DNA of 63,998 nucleotides, counting the filler, from Diploschistes diacapsis (Eukaryota), in assembly GCA_023645945.1 (NCBI GenBank). It is 9 parts of 9 records of this genome, joined end to end, with 100 filler letters (N's around TTAATTAATTAA, not from the genome) between each part and the next. Parts side by side here need not be neighbours in the genome. Positions count along the whole stretch, not along the records: positions 45,835 to 50,414 come from JALAIB010001683.1; positions 50,515 to 55,069 come from JALAIB010001685.1; positions 55,170 to 59,724 come from JALAIB010001686.1; positions 59,825 to 63,998 come from JALAIB010001760.1; 5 more parts are not named here. One strand, given 5' to 3'. Under the pieces are notes generated by a model that saw only the letters and a program-made list of their open reading frames with translations, ran no database searches and had not been told where the DNA came from. Shown here piece after piece: positions 48,223 through 60,543 of the stretch. A program made the position numbers and the translations under genes. Every line of letters begins with the position of its first letter. Position 1 is the first letter of the stretch.

Positions 48223-50414
48223 ATGGGGGATGATGGCATGTTAATGAATTTCACCATTGGGAATGAATCCTTAAAGATCAAACCGGTGGTAAAAGGAGGT
48301 AACTGGCGAGATCGACTAAGTGCCAAGAGGGCCTTGCGATACCCGCAATCACGTCCTAGAAATCCTGATGATAAAGGTACAGGTGCTAACTCTGAGGAGG
48401 TTGTTGGAAGGCCCCCAAAAAGGCAAAAACTTTTACAACCGCATTCAAAACCCACCAGCACGTTCAGGAATGACCAATCTCGAGAAGTCGTATCCTGCTT
48501 GTTCTCGTATAATCCCGAATCAAAAACAAAGCCAGGAAAAGGAGCACAGGATGTCCTCAAGCCTGCAGAGCCGTCAAATGCTCCTCTACTGGATGGCATT
48601 GATACTTTCACGTCGTTGGGCCTTGCACCTACAGTGGCCGCTCATCTGTTGACCAAGCTAGGCCTGAAGGCCCCGACAGCAATTCAGAAATCCACAGTAT
48701 CCAAGCTCCTCAAGGAGAATTCAGATGCATTCATTCAGGCCGAGACAGGGTCCGGCAAAACGCTGGCTTATTTGCTCCCAATTCTACAGCGTCTCGTTGA
48801 GATGTCGGATAAAGCGAGGAAGATCGGCGTAGAGAAGGACGAACTCATGCATCGTGATTCTGGATTGTTTGCCATCATAGTGGCCCCGACTCGTGAGCTG
48901 TGTAAACAAATCTCTGTCGTGCTCGATTCTTTGCTCGGTTGTGCCAGATGGATAGTCTCCGGCACAGTGTTCGGAGGAGAAAAGAAGAAGTCTGAGAAGG
49001 CGCGCCTGCGAAAAGGACTGAATATGCTGGTTGCTACGCCTGGAAGATTGGTGGACCACTTGAACAACACCGAAGTTCTCGATGTTTCCGATGTTCGATG
49101 GTTGGTCCTCGACGAAGGTGACCGACTGATGGAGCTTGGGTTCGAGGAGGATATTAAGAGTATTGTATCGAAATTGGACGAGTGCAACAAGAGTCAGCGA
49201 AAGCCTGTTCCGGGATTGCCCCATAAGCGGACTACTATTCTGTGCTCGGCTACTATGAAGATGAATGTACAGAAGCTGGGTGAGATCAGCTTGAAAGACG
49301 CAATACACATCAGGAACGAAGCCGCAGAGTCCGAAAGCAACTCAAACCTCACAGCTTCTGACGAGTCGAAGTTCTCGGCGCCCGCCCAACTCCAACAATC
49401 CTACATCATAGTGCCACCAAAACAACGCCTCGTCACCCTCTTCACCATCCTCAAGCGTGCTTTCTCTAGAAAAGGCTCGGTAATGAAAACCATCGTTTTC
49501 TTCTCCTGCGCCGACAGTGTCGAATTCCACTACTCCGCCCTCGGCCGCACCGACTCCCCCAACACCTCCGAGAATCAACCCCAAGCTTCAAACCCCAAAA
49601 CACCACGCCTAGACATCACAACCTCCTGCCCCGTCCCCTCACTAACGTCCCCCTCAAACCCACAAATCTCCCTCTTCAAGCTCCACGGCTCCCTTTCCCA
49701 GCCCGTCCGCACCAGCACCCTCTCCTCCTTCTCCCGGTCCACCGCGCCCTCGGTGCTCATCTGCACGGACGTCGCCTCCCGCGGCCTCGACCTACCCTCC
49801 ATCGACCTCGTCATCGAATACGACCCCGCCTTCTCCGCAGACGACCATCTCCACCGCATCGGCCGCACCGCGCGCGCGGGCCGTGACGGGCGAGCCACCG
49901 TCTTCCTCATGCCCGGGCCCGAGGAGCAGTACGTGGACGTGCTGAAGGCCGCGTTCCGGGACAGCGCGGCCGGGGCGAGGGTCAGGCGGGAGGTGGCCGA
50001 GGACGTGCTGCGGAAGGGATTCGCGCCCACCCCCGCGCCCGTGCCGGGTGTAGTAGGAGCAGGAGCAGGAGCAGGGGCAGGGGCAGGAGCAGAAGTGGGT
50101 GCGGGAGCGGGTGCGGGTGCGGGAGCGGGTAACAACAGAAAAGAAAAAGTCACCGAAAAGGTGGCAGGAAAATTGACGTGGGAGGACCGAGCGACGGAGT
50201 GGCAGCTCGACGTGGAGCGCTGGGTGCAGGCGGACAGGCGAGCGAGCGAGATGGCGCGCAGGGCGTACGTGAGCCACGTGCGGGCGTACGCGACGCACGT
50301 GCTGGCCGAGCGGGGCATGTTCGATGTCAAGGAGCTGCATCTCGGGCATTTGGCGACGGCGTTTGGGCTGTGGGAGAGGCCGGGGCAGATGGGGAGGGGT
50401 GCGGGCGGCAGTGG
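48223..50414 (+). CDS. DBP7: ATP-dependent RNA helicase Dbp7, 3'-truncated
   Basis: MGDDGMLMNF; AETGSGKT; PTRELC; GGEKKKSEKARLRKG; LDEGDRL; SAT; FSAPAQLQQ; DVASRGLD; HRIGRTARAG; SHVRAYATH. Confidence 0.95.
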
Positions 50415-51729
50415 NNNNNNNNNNNNNNNNNNNNNNNNNNNNNNNNNNNNNNNNNNNNTTAATTAATTAANNNNNNNNNNNNNNNNNNNNNNNNNNNNNN
50501 NNNNNNNNNNNNNNCCCCCCTCCCCCCCATTGGTATGCCCCGGAGGGGAAGAAAGGCGAGAGACAATAGCAAAATATGCCCTATCTACACATGCGTGCAC
50601 GAGGAGTATAGAATAGAAAGCCCTTGGGGTGCTAACAACTGGTGGACGGATACAACATCCAGTAAAATGGGAGAGGTCCCTTAACGAATTCTCTGCATCG
50701 GGGACGCGTCCGCTACATAACCTATGATTCTACTACGTCCGGTTGCACCTCAACCCAATGAGTCCCGAACGGGCAATAGCTGGTACCTGTTAGGGATCGA
50801 TGACTGTGAGATTTTGCTTCGAGATCTTACACATATGCGCGCGGGTGGCCTTAAAATAAAACAAACAGCGACCACCACCACAACAACAACGCGTGGTGGG
50901 ACCCAACCCTCCATTTTCTCACCTGGTCTAATACGCTGTACTACTTACTACGCGGTAGTGGGTACCCACAAGGTCGCAAGTTTCGCAACATACATACAGT
51001 ATGCGAGACCATACTGTAACGTTATTCGCTATCTCGAGCCCGGAGGCTTCTCCCAGCCAAAACATAGCGGATACACCTCCGGCATTGGGACGAATCGGCT
51101 GGGCTTTCGTCCTGTGCCTTTATTACGCACACGCCACCGGCCAACCAGTATATTCGCTGAGTGCCAGGTCCACGTGACAGTACAGCTCGTCGCTGCTGTC
51201 CTACAATAGCATTCGATGACGAGTACATTCATTGTTCAGGGACGTTTTGGATTTTTGGCTCGGTTGTTGAGCTGAAGAGAAGTGTGGTGGATGGGTTCAA
51301 AGCTATTTCCAGCTGTTCTGTATCGGTGGTTTGGTAATGAATAGAAGCGGTCAAATCGGCGCTTTTCCTGCTCTGCATCATGCTCTTTACAGTCTTTCAA
51401 ATCTCATGAGGGAAAGCCCAAGAGGTAAACTCGAGTAGCCCAAGCTCCGTCTTGGCTCTGTTGCGGTCAGGAACGTCGATGCGGAGGACCAGAAACATCC
51501 AGTCTTGCAGCCAGCTAAGTGCCATACCAAGATCTGTTCCAGGCTTCCAGGCTTTAGTCGCTAGGCAGTTAATTGTTAGTGCGGCAGTGCCTCGGTCGTT
51601 TTAATACCTCGCTCCTCCGTCCATCCAATTAAATGTAAACCGTCAATGCTTCCGCTTCACTCGTATATACCTTGGCTCACATCTGGGGGTTACCAGGTTA
51701 ATTATCCCTGTACTTTGTAGTAGGATTGA

Positions 51730-53089
51730 TTATGCCAAGGGCACATGCGGAAAGCTTTTGCTCATAAAGTTTCGCATCCTTTCCAAACCCTCTTCCAGCA
51801 CGTGAGTCTCGCAAACGTATCCGGCCCTAACGTAGCCTTTGAAATCGATACCGTCACCGAAGCATAGGCTGCCAGGGACCAGAAAGGTACCCTCTTCGCG
51901 ATGCAGCAGCTTACATAACTCCATGTCGTTGACCGGCTTTCCATCGCGTGCGAAGCGAATGAATGCGGTGGTTCCCGCAACAGGCTTTACCCAGTCACAA
52001 CACTCTTGGTGATCTTCGATGAACTTCTCTAGGATCTCCACATTCGTCCTGGCCAGCTCCTGGTTTCTTGCAATCAGATTATCCACGCATGGGTGACTTG
52101 TTGCAAAAGCCGCAACTTGATCGTCAATCTGGCTCACTGAAATGGTAGTATAGTGTCTTGCATCCGCGACCAGGTTGACCAAGTCCATCGAGACAGTAGC
52201 TACCCATCCGATACGGATCCCGGCCAAGGCGTAAGCTTTTGACATTGACCCGGTTGCAATGACCCTGTCATAGCTTCCTATCGAGAGAACCGACGGCGGA
52301 ATGTCGGGATTTTTCTCGTTCTTGTCGGTTGAATGGAACAGTGGACGGTAGACCTCATCGCAGAGCACGTAGATTCCTCGCTCCTGGGCCATTTGCACCA
52401 CCTGCTCGAGTTTACTCTTCGGTACGATCGCACCTGTAGGGTTTTGTGGGTTGCTGCCAGCACACATGAACGATGCGCTGGCAATTTAGACCACGGGGTT
52501 CTTACTTGAGAATGATGAGTTTCGTTGAAGGCCGCAGTAGATCCTTCAAGTCATCGATATTCAGCTGCCACCGGTTTTCCTCCTTCGAGCGCCAAAGGTC
52601 AACATCTGCTCCAAGACTGACCGGAACAGAGTACAGCTGCTGATAGGTTGGAAAGTGGCATATGACATGATCCCCTCTGCCAATTAAGGAGTAAAGAACA
52701 AGGAAATTCGCCGCGATCGCGCCGCTCGTGATTAAGATGTTTTCCAAGGATAGACTTGGTGTATCTGTACGAGAATAAAGCGCAGCTATATTCGACCGCA
52801 GCCGATCGGACCCTCGGATGTCTCCATATTGCAGTTTCTTATTGTACTGGAAAATTCTTTCCGGCTTCTCCCCTGCAAATTCATACAAATCATCGATCGA
52901 TATAGAAGCGGCACAGGTCTCGGCAATATTGTATTTTGCCGTTGTCTCATAGGCATCCATCCACTGCATGCAAGTATGATCAGTAGATACTTGTAGTTCT
53001 TGTAGATTTGACTGTAAAGATTCCTAGCTGGCCAAGAGAAGAAGCCTTACCTCTTCAACGCGAAAGGGCTCGAGTTTCGGGCCTGCCAT
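51730..53089 (-). CDS. PLP-dependent class I/II aminotransferase (3 exons)
   Basis: MAGPKLEPFRVEE / WMDAYET...AETC; TSGAIAAN; PTYQQLY; NPQNPTG; DEVYRPL; SMSKAYALAGIRIGW (PLP lysine). Confidence 0.92.
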
Positions 53090-53672
53090 GGGAACGAGAG
53101 CTTTTCAATCTAAAGCGAAGCGCAGGTTTACCGTTTGAGTTGGGAGCACTACCTGCTCCGCACCCTTTGCACATAAACTTTGTAAAACGGACAGTTAATT
53201 TGCGTACACGCTAAGTGTTATATTTACGTCTTTTTAAGTATTCCACAAGTTTTAATAATACACAAGTGTTTTTATATTTTTTACGCACCTTTTTTTAATA
53301 TATAGAAATATATCGGAGTATGTACGCTTATAACGTAAATGTGGGATCGTATCATGAACATTAACATACAAACAAAATTGTTATACTATATATGGAAAAG
53401 GAGCGGCGCAGGTAATGCTGCTGGAACAACCGCCATAAACACTTCTAAATAATTCCCATATCTATTAAGCTGTTTAGCTCATATCTAGTTCCCATAGTAT
53501 ATATAAGCCATAGCTGGCGCTATCACAGGAAGATTATTCAATATTAGTAATTTAAATAGCTTTAAAAGGGACGTATTGGTTTCTGATAATGAGCTTTAAA
53601 GTGTGTAAACAAATTTAAATAGATTACAACGGTTTCGATTTGAAAAGCCAGATAGCAAACTAGCCGTAGAGA

Positions 53673-54800
53673 ATGTAAATACTCCAGATCAGCCCTATGA
53701 CGTTCAGCGCCTGAAGCCCTGAACTTCTGGGCTGTTGCAATTGTCAGTTTATAGTCAAATTGTAGTGTGTATAGAAGATGGATTGCTAAAAGCTAGGTGG
53801 GCAGCGGGCCCTTATAGCTACTACAGTAGCTGCTAAGTGGGTAGATGCCCAATGGCATCATCACCCATGGCATCACGAGCGACGCCGGCGAGGGCAAAAA
53901 CAAGCGACACCCCTAGTAACTCAATAGCTACTACAATATCCACCGACACAAAATACTTATGTCCACATAAACAATATCCCAAATAGATATTAAATAAACG
54001 AGACAAACCCTCGACATTTAATCCCAAAATATCCTAACAATATCTCCTATATTACTTCCTTTTCTCCTATTTTTAAAGCAACTCTATTTCTCCATTAAAC
54101 TTACCTCCACCTCGTAGATATAACCCTAGTTCTATACCCCTAATAATTTTGCTTCCACAACGCCAGCGTACCTTACTTCGAACTCGAAAATCCGGTCTAC
54201 CGAATATCGCTACAATTCTCGATCGATAATCTATATATTATCAATAATATCGTATCTTAACTATTAAACTAAATACTACGTATTTCATCCGCGTCCCTTA
54301 CGTATACGACGTTTAATTAATAATCGTTCGACTTCGAACTCTTCGTCGATCTCGATCGTCATAGACGACGGCGGCAAAAATCGTTTACGATAAGGATCGC
54401 TAACTAGATCTAATACCGGCTCGAGATACGCAATACTAATAACATCGTAAATATAATAATAATCCGACAACTATAATCTATAAATCAATTTATTAATACG
54501 TTTTAAGATCTTAAAAAGTCCAGCAAGCTAAACGAAAAACTTAACATTAATTACGATAAACAGCTTATATCCCCGATATAAACGTAATATCGTAAAGTTT
54601 CCAACTTTTATAAAACAAACCTTATAACGCTTATCGTAGATTTCCTTTATAACAATCTTAGTCATAACCAATACATCCTTAACATCGATCATTTCTAAAC
54701 GTGATTTAACTAGCTTAACAATTTCACGACGTCGGTATTATTATTTTCGTAATCGTGTATCTCGGGTTTATAAAATAAATACCATATCGTGAACCTCGGG
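53673..54800 (-). mobile_element. RIP-degraded Gypsy/chromovirus retrotransposon 3' end (integrase C-terminus, chromodomain, probable LTR at about 53673-54039)
   Basis: VISIAYLEP..DPY and chromodomain EEFEVERLLIKRRIRKGRG..YLV..Y. Purine tract followed by TGTTAGG on the minus strand. Confidence 0.75.
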
Positions 54801-55607
54801 TCGTAATATTAGCTCGTTAATAATAACTTAACCTCATATGTTTATATTTAGGGCAGATATGGTTATTAACCCTACTACTCTTTTTAAAGATTGTTCTTTA
54901 TCATTCAAATTATTCTAATCTATAGATATCTTTTATAATATACCACTTCCGTTTAGCCCAAATACTTCTATTACAGATATATATATCTTTTTTACTCTTA
55001 CAAGTATCCGTACTTCTATATCAAATATTCGTTTTTATACTATAATCGATATATTTATTATAAGATATANNNNNNNNNNNNNNNNNNNNNNNNNNNNNNN
55101 NNNNNNNNNNNNNTTAATTAATTAANNNNNNNNNNNNNNNNNNNNNNNNNNNNNNNNNNNNNNNNNNNNTTATATAACGTCTGTAACAAGGACAAGGCTT
55201 GTTGGATGGATATATTGATAGAAGAGGATGGGCCCCTCCAAAAGACTATGGCCTCTTGGCCCAAGCAACGCCAAGCCTATCTAATCCTATCAGGACCACA
55301 TGCCGGTCCCGTGACAACGTCGACGAGTTATTATTACTGTCTAAACGATATTATATATTTATATAATAATATAAAAAAGGATACGTTATTTCGAGGCACT
55401 TAATATAAATTTTCGTAAATCGATTATTACCGAATATTTTAAATTAATTAAAGGGTTTAAATATCGTATAATAACCACAACGACGTATATCGAAAGATAT
55501 ATTGAAAATATTAAATAAAAAGAACGATAAATAAGAACGAGAAATATAAACACGACGGAAAGTTCAGTTCAGTTCAATTAATCAAACTTTTAATTAATAC
55601 TTTTCAG

Positions 55608-55743
55608 AATTAATTTCTTATCTACGGTTTTTTTAGCGCCCATAAACACACTAATTTGCGTTCAGTTAATCTAACCCTTGACTGATATTTTTCGGAGTTA
55701 ATTTCTTATCTACGGTTTTTTCTGCGCCCATAAACACACTAAT
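55608..55743 (+). repeat. About 46-bp direct repeat in an AT-rich relic
   Basis: TTAATTTCTTATCTACGGTTTTT...GCGCCCATAAACACACTAAT occurs at about 55610 and about 55698. Confidence 0.75.
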
Positions 55744-56082
55744 ATGCCAATATAGTCCTGCGCTTCGCTTAAGAATAAGTAATATAAATAATAGTTTTAT
55801 TCTAGGCCCATACGTCTACCCGTTATTTCTTAATTAACCTTAAAGCCGAAGCGGCTGACGTCGTTTATCCCCGGCGGGACCTATCCTGCGGCTTCGCGGT
55901 CTTGGCGCCTACTTGACTAAGCTATCTCAAGGAATCTTTTATTTAGGTCCTTTTATCCCTGAGCCTTTAAATGCCGACCTGCGCTAATTTAGCGTCATTG
56001 TTTACTTCCGGTATGCTCCTCTGTCTATCATTAGATATGCCCTTTTCCTACAATTATAGTTCCGACTGACGCTGACGCCAAT

Positions 56083-57480
56083 ATGGAAAGGCAGCTCCCC
56101 CATTCCGCAGCAGATCGAGGAAGGTTGGCACCAGCTGCACGTGTCAAATTCGCTCGGCGTTCTTGGGGCATCATCCTGATATCTATTACGGTTTTACTGT
56201 GGACAACATCCAGCTTTCTTGCCAGTGTAAGATAACTCTGGGATTCCGTAGGGGTCCTATTCCTGAAGGTTTCCACTGACGGATGAGCTCCTCTTTATGA
56301 TTTAGACAATTTTTGCAGATAATTCTTATTCGAAGCCATACTTCGTTACGTACCTGAACACAGCATGCTTTTCGCTTTTTTTGAGTATCATCGTGTTGAG
56401 ACGATGGGCTGATATCGGAGTCGAAGCCCTCTTAGTTATTGGTCGAAAGTTGAGATCATCCTCAGCATTACCATGCGCCATTGGAGAACCTCAGCCTCTT
56501 TTGGGGGATAACGCTAGCGTTGGACACACTTATCTTGATACCGAGAGCAGCGCCAACGAACAGCACGCTTCCATGTTACCCTTCTCCCCACAGACTGTAG
56601 AGGAGCGTTGCAGTCCGAAAAAATTGTGCTTCCGCGAGACCTTGAAGCTCAGTCTTGAGTTCTGTTTCCTTTGGTTTGCAGCAAACTACTCTGTCGCAGC
56701 TGGTTTAGAATATACCTCAGTGGGTAGCTCGACCATACTTGTTTCAACTAGCAGTGTCTGGACGCTTGTCTTTGGCGTTATTGTTGGCGTAGAAACGTTC
56801 AGCTACCGGAAGTTTTCTGGGGTCTTTCTTTCACTTGCTGGTATCGTCTTGATATCAACATTGGACTACTCGGGAGAGACAAATAGAAACCGAGGACGTT
56901 TCCCACAAAGGTCTGGGTTTGAAACAGCTGTAGGAGACATTCTGTCACTCGGAAGTGCTATTATGTATGGCATCTACTCCGTTCTTATGAAGAAGCGGAT
57001 AGCGGACGAATCAAGTGTGGACATGCTCCTGTTTTTCGGCCTTGTTGGACTGATCAATACTATTCTGTTATGGCCAGGATTCGTCGTACTACACCTTACT
57101 GGCCTGGAAACTTTTGAGCTTCCTGCTACTTGTCGTGTTTGGCGTATTGTTATCGTGAGAACATCCATCTGACCGGCTGATGACTGAAATTGATTTTTAT
57201 ATAGTTGAATTCAGTAACCTCGCTTGTCTCTGATTTTTGCTGGGCATATGCAATAATACTCACATCCCCCTTGGTTGTTACAATTGGCCTTAGCTTATCC
57301 ATTCCCTTAGCTCTTGTTGGACAAATAGTGCTGAACGAACAATCGTCTTCGTTCCTCTACTGGATTGGTGCGAGCCTAGTGTTTGCGGCCTTCCTATTGG
57401 TTAACCATGAAACAAAGCGCGCGGACCACCATCAATGTGAGCACCAGCAGGGTGTTTCAGACCAGCAGAGTCATCAGTGA
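56083..57480 (+). CDS. EamA/DMT-family transporter (Thi74/YML018C/SLC35F-like), 3 exons
   Basis: WTTSSFLAS / TIFADNSYSKPYFVTYLNT; FCFLWFAANY; STILVSTSSVWTL; YGIYSVLMKKR; LFFGLVG; LTSPLVVTIGLSLSIPLAL. Confidence 0.9.
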
Positions 57481-57800
57481 CGCACGAAGAGGCAGAGTGC
57501 AAGATGAGAGGACCTGAGGTTGCGCAGTATCAACAAGGCCATCTCATCTGGATAAAATGGCATTCAAAGACGCATAAAGACTAAAAAGAATTGGCAATTA
57601 GTACAGTTTTCAACAACTCATATTACTGGATTATCGCCTTGTTCTGTGCTGATTAGATGAATTATTCCTGTTCGGGAATGGAGCTACTCCCGTAGTGTTT
57701 GCTTCTACTTGGGCCTAGTAGGTTCTGACATGGCAGAATACTTGATGTACGTGATACAAAGACTGCACATGGAGCTCTACAGACATAAGTAAAACTCCTC

Positions 57801-59019
57801 TTAAGAAACTCTTTTGCTCTGATTCCACTCTTCTAGCATTGCACAGAGCTTAGGACCCCAGATGTCTTCACTCTTACTGAGGTCATCGTACGCTAGCACA
57901 TTTCTGCCCAATTCAAAGTGCCCCTGTCGAACTCTTGTTAGGTTACCCATAATGCCCAGCGATCCAACAGCCCTGCCAAGGTCATGGCAAAGGGATCGAA
58001 CGTAGAACCCTGAGGTGACTGTCATTCTTAGTTTTACAATTGGGGCATCTGTCAGACGCTCAGCTCCATTGAAATCAGTGTCAGAGACCCGGCCGTCGAT
58101 ACCTGCGGATAAATTGATTTGTTCCTCCTGCTCCACAGAGGCGTCCTCGTCCTGTCGTGAAAGCTCAGTGGGGGCGAACGAAGGCGCGGGCAACTGCTCT
58201 TGCTCTGGCTCATGACCTTTCGCAGCATGAGGGTGCTTATTATGAGCTTGGTGTAGGGATTCCACTTCCACAAACGCAACGTGTTCTGCCTCAGGTATGG
58301 GAATGACCAGGTCATTTTTGGCTACTTCGGTTTCTTTGGGACTGGTTTCATTTGTAGATTTTGATGGGAGTGTAGCTTCGAGCCACTCTGTGATCTGAAT
58401 CTCCTCCACGGTAACGGGCCGTTCCTGTATTTCTACTGGCAGCTGTTTCCCTTCCCTTGCATATTCATAAAGTCGTTTCCCTTGTATTCTCAATGCTGAA
58501 TATAGAGGTGGTCGCTGCATGATATTTCCCTTGAAAATATCTAGCGCTCTTTCGACCTTTGCTCGAGAGACGTCCTTAATAGACGATTTGCCGGTAATAT
58601 GTCCTGTGATATCATACGTGTCCGTGGCTGTCCCAAAAACGAGCGTGGCATCGTAGCATTTTGTGCATTCCAGAAATTGCTGTAGCTGCTTCGTGCCGCG
58701 CCCAATACCCACAATCAACACACCTGTCGCAAGAGGATCCAAGGTACCGCCGTGTCCAACTTTGACCTGTATACTACGATCCTTTCGTCTTCTTCGCTGA
58801 AAGGAGCTCTCGCGTTGCCTAGCTCGGGTCTCCACCTCTATCCATGGCTGGAAAAGCTTGGAATGATTGAAGATTTTTTGAAGTTCGCGAAGAACTTGTG
58901 CCGAGCTGATGGACTTGGGCTTATCGATAGCTTGCATAAATCAATCGATTACGACGACGTATCTCTTCAGAAGCTCAGCACTCACCAAATACTCCTTCTA
59001 ATATCCTATGACTTGACAT
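57801..59019 (-). CDS. PUS4: tRNA pseudouridine(55) synthase, TruB family
   Basis: LEGVF / AIDKPKSISSAQV; KVGHGGTLDPLATGVL; PPLYSALRIQGKRLYEYAREG; VTSGFYVRSLCHDLG. One 5' intron. Confidence 0.95.
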
Positions 59020-59142
59020 AGTGCAACTATAGATTCAATTGGTTTTAGTTCATGGGCGGCAGAAACGCTTGAAATCTGAATATGAAGTCTAAAAATTTTA
59101 GCATTGTTAGACTTTCCGAGACCAAAGGGGAAAACCCTCATA

Positions 59143-59619
59143 CAGTACTAGGCCAAAAGTAGTTAGGTAGACAATAAGCGGCAGTAAATAAACAGTTCAA
59201 CTCTTGCTATTATTCTTACAACTATGTCTTTCTAACGTCGTTTGAAAATATTCGAGCGTTCTAAGCTCCTCGGCGCTCTTTACAGCGGCAATGCTCTTAA
59301 AGATATCGCTTAAAAGCTTAATATTCCCTATTCTATAGCTTAATATACGAAAGCAAAAGTTTTAAAACGCGAGGATATATAATATGATTTTTATCGCTCA
59401 AAACGACCCCGAATTATTATTTAAAATTAAGAAAATAGATTCTATCGACGCGCTAGACGGAAACGAGATATATAATAGCACGAATTGTTTAAAATAACTC
59501 CTCGACGAATATTATATAAATAAACGATTAATTACTGTCGAAGTATATTATCTACTTTACGCGATATTATATTTTAAATTTACGAACCTAAGCAGGGATT
59601 TTGCAGGATAATACGCCTA
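59143..59619 (+). mobile_element. RIP-degraded Tc1-like DNA transposon, 5' part
   Basis: TA followed by a CAGTACTAGGCCAAAAGT TIR. Transposase HTH relic KDIA*KLNIPYS...RSKRPR. Confidence 0.7.
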
Positions 59620-59724
59620 ACGTGTTTCACGGGGATTCCGGCCACCCCCAGATTCCGGCCACTTTCAATCACTATTTTCATCTTACATTCGATCTTTTTT
59701 AATCATGATTACCTCGCATAATAA
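59620..59724 (+). mobile_element. Fot1/Pogo-like transposon 5' end inserted at TA inside the Tc1 relic
   Basis: TA-ACGTGTTTCACGGGGATTCCGGCCACCCCCAGATTCCGGCCAC, a TIR with an internal direct repeat. Confidence 0.65.
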
Positions 59725-59824
59725 NNNNNNNNNNNNNNNNNNNNNNNNNNNNNNNNNNNNNNNNNNNNTTAATTAATTAANNNNNNNNNNNNNNNNNNNN
59801 NNNNNNNNNNNNNNNNNNNNNNNN

Positions 59825-60369
59825 CTTTATATATTATTAATCTATTTAGTAACAATATTGGTTCCCTAAATCTAATAAAACACGTAAAGATTAACGACCG
59901 TTTAAAACATATAAATATTATTTATTACCACGTACGAGATCCTATTAAATAAAAACGTGTTAAGATGTTTTATGTTTTTATCGATAAAATAATTATTAAC
60001 GGACTTGCGAAACCATTAAACTACTCGAAACACGACGTCTTCATTAAAAAACTCGACTTAATCTAAAAGATATCTAGTTAGACTATATAAACATATTAGA
60101 CGATTCCGCCTATAAAAAATATTGAATAGACAAATAGAAGGTATGGCTAGGAGTTCGACTAAATTTTAATCGGGGATTTAGTTCAATTGAACTCTAAGGT
60201 TTAATTTAACTGAACCTTCTGGGATTCTAACTAGACCGATCGGGAATAATATTAGTAATGAGGCTTAGCGGATCCCGTAGGGTATGAAAGTCTGCGCAGT
60301 AAGATATCTTCATAGGATAAGACTTCTAGACTTCAATATATCCATTACGTTGCCAAACATTCTCGAACA
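59825..60369 (+). mobile_element. RIP-degraded Copia retrotransposon 3' end (RNase H plus LTR at about 60120-60369)
   Basis: DRLKHINIIYYHVRD...IINGLAKPL corresponds to Copia RTKHIDxxYHxxRD...ADGLTKPL. A-rich (ex-PPT) tract, then the LTR. Confidence 0.8.
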
Positions 60370-60543
60370 TTGGTATATTATTAAAAATTTAAAGCATTAA
60401 TATAATCGTTGATATTAAATTTTAATAAGATTGAATCGGTATTATGCGACGTAACCATTATTAAAGAAATCGAAGAAAAAGACAAAAGTTGTAATGGGAG
60501 GTGGCCCACTTCTGGGGGTGGCCCACTTTCCCGTCAAAGACGT
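60370..60543 (-). mobile_element. Fot1/Pogo-like transposon 5' end
   Basis: Reverse complement TA-ACGTCTTTGACGGGAAAGTGGGCCACCCCCAGAAGTGGGCCAC...ATGGTTACGTCGCATAAT, homologous to 59620-59724. Confidence 0.65.

Noticed and set aside
49105..49125. DEGD instead of DEAD in the helicase
   Set aside because: Normal for fungal Dbp7 proteins.
50755..50780. Hammerhead-like ATGAGTCCCGAACGGGCAATA
   Set aside because: The CUGANGA and GAAA core boxes are both broken, and no flanking stems are evident.
56228..56305. TPP riboswitch in the intron of the Thi74-like transporter
   Set aside because: The intron is short and lacks the CTGAGA and GATAATACCAGCG-type aptamer motifs.
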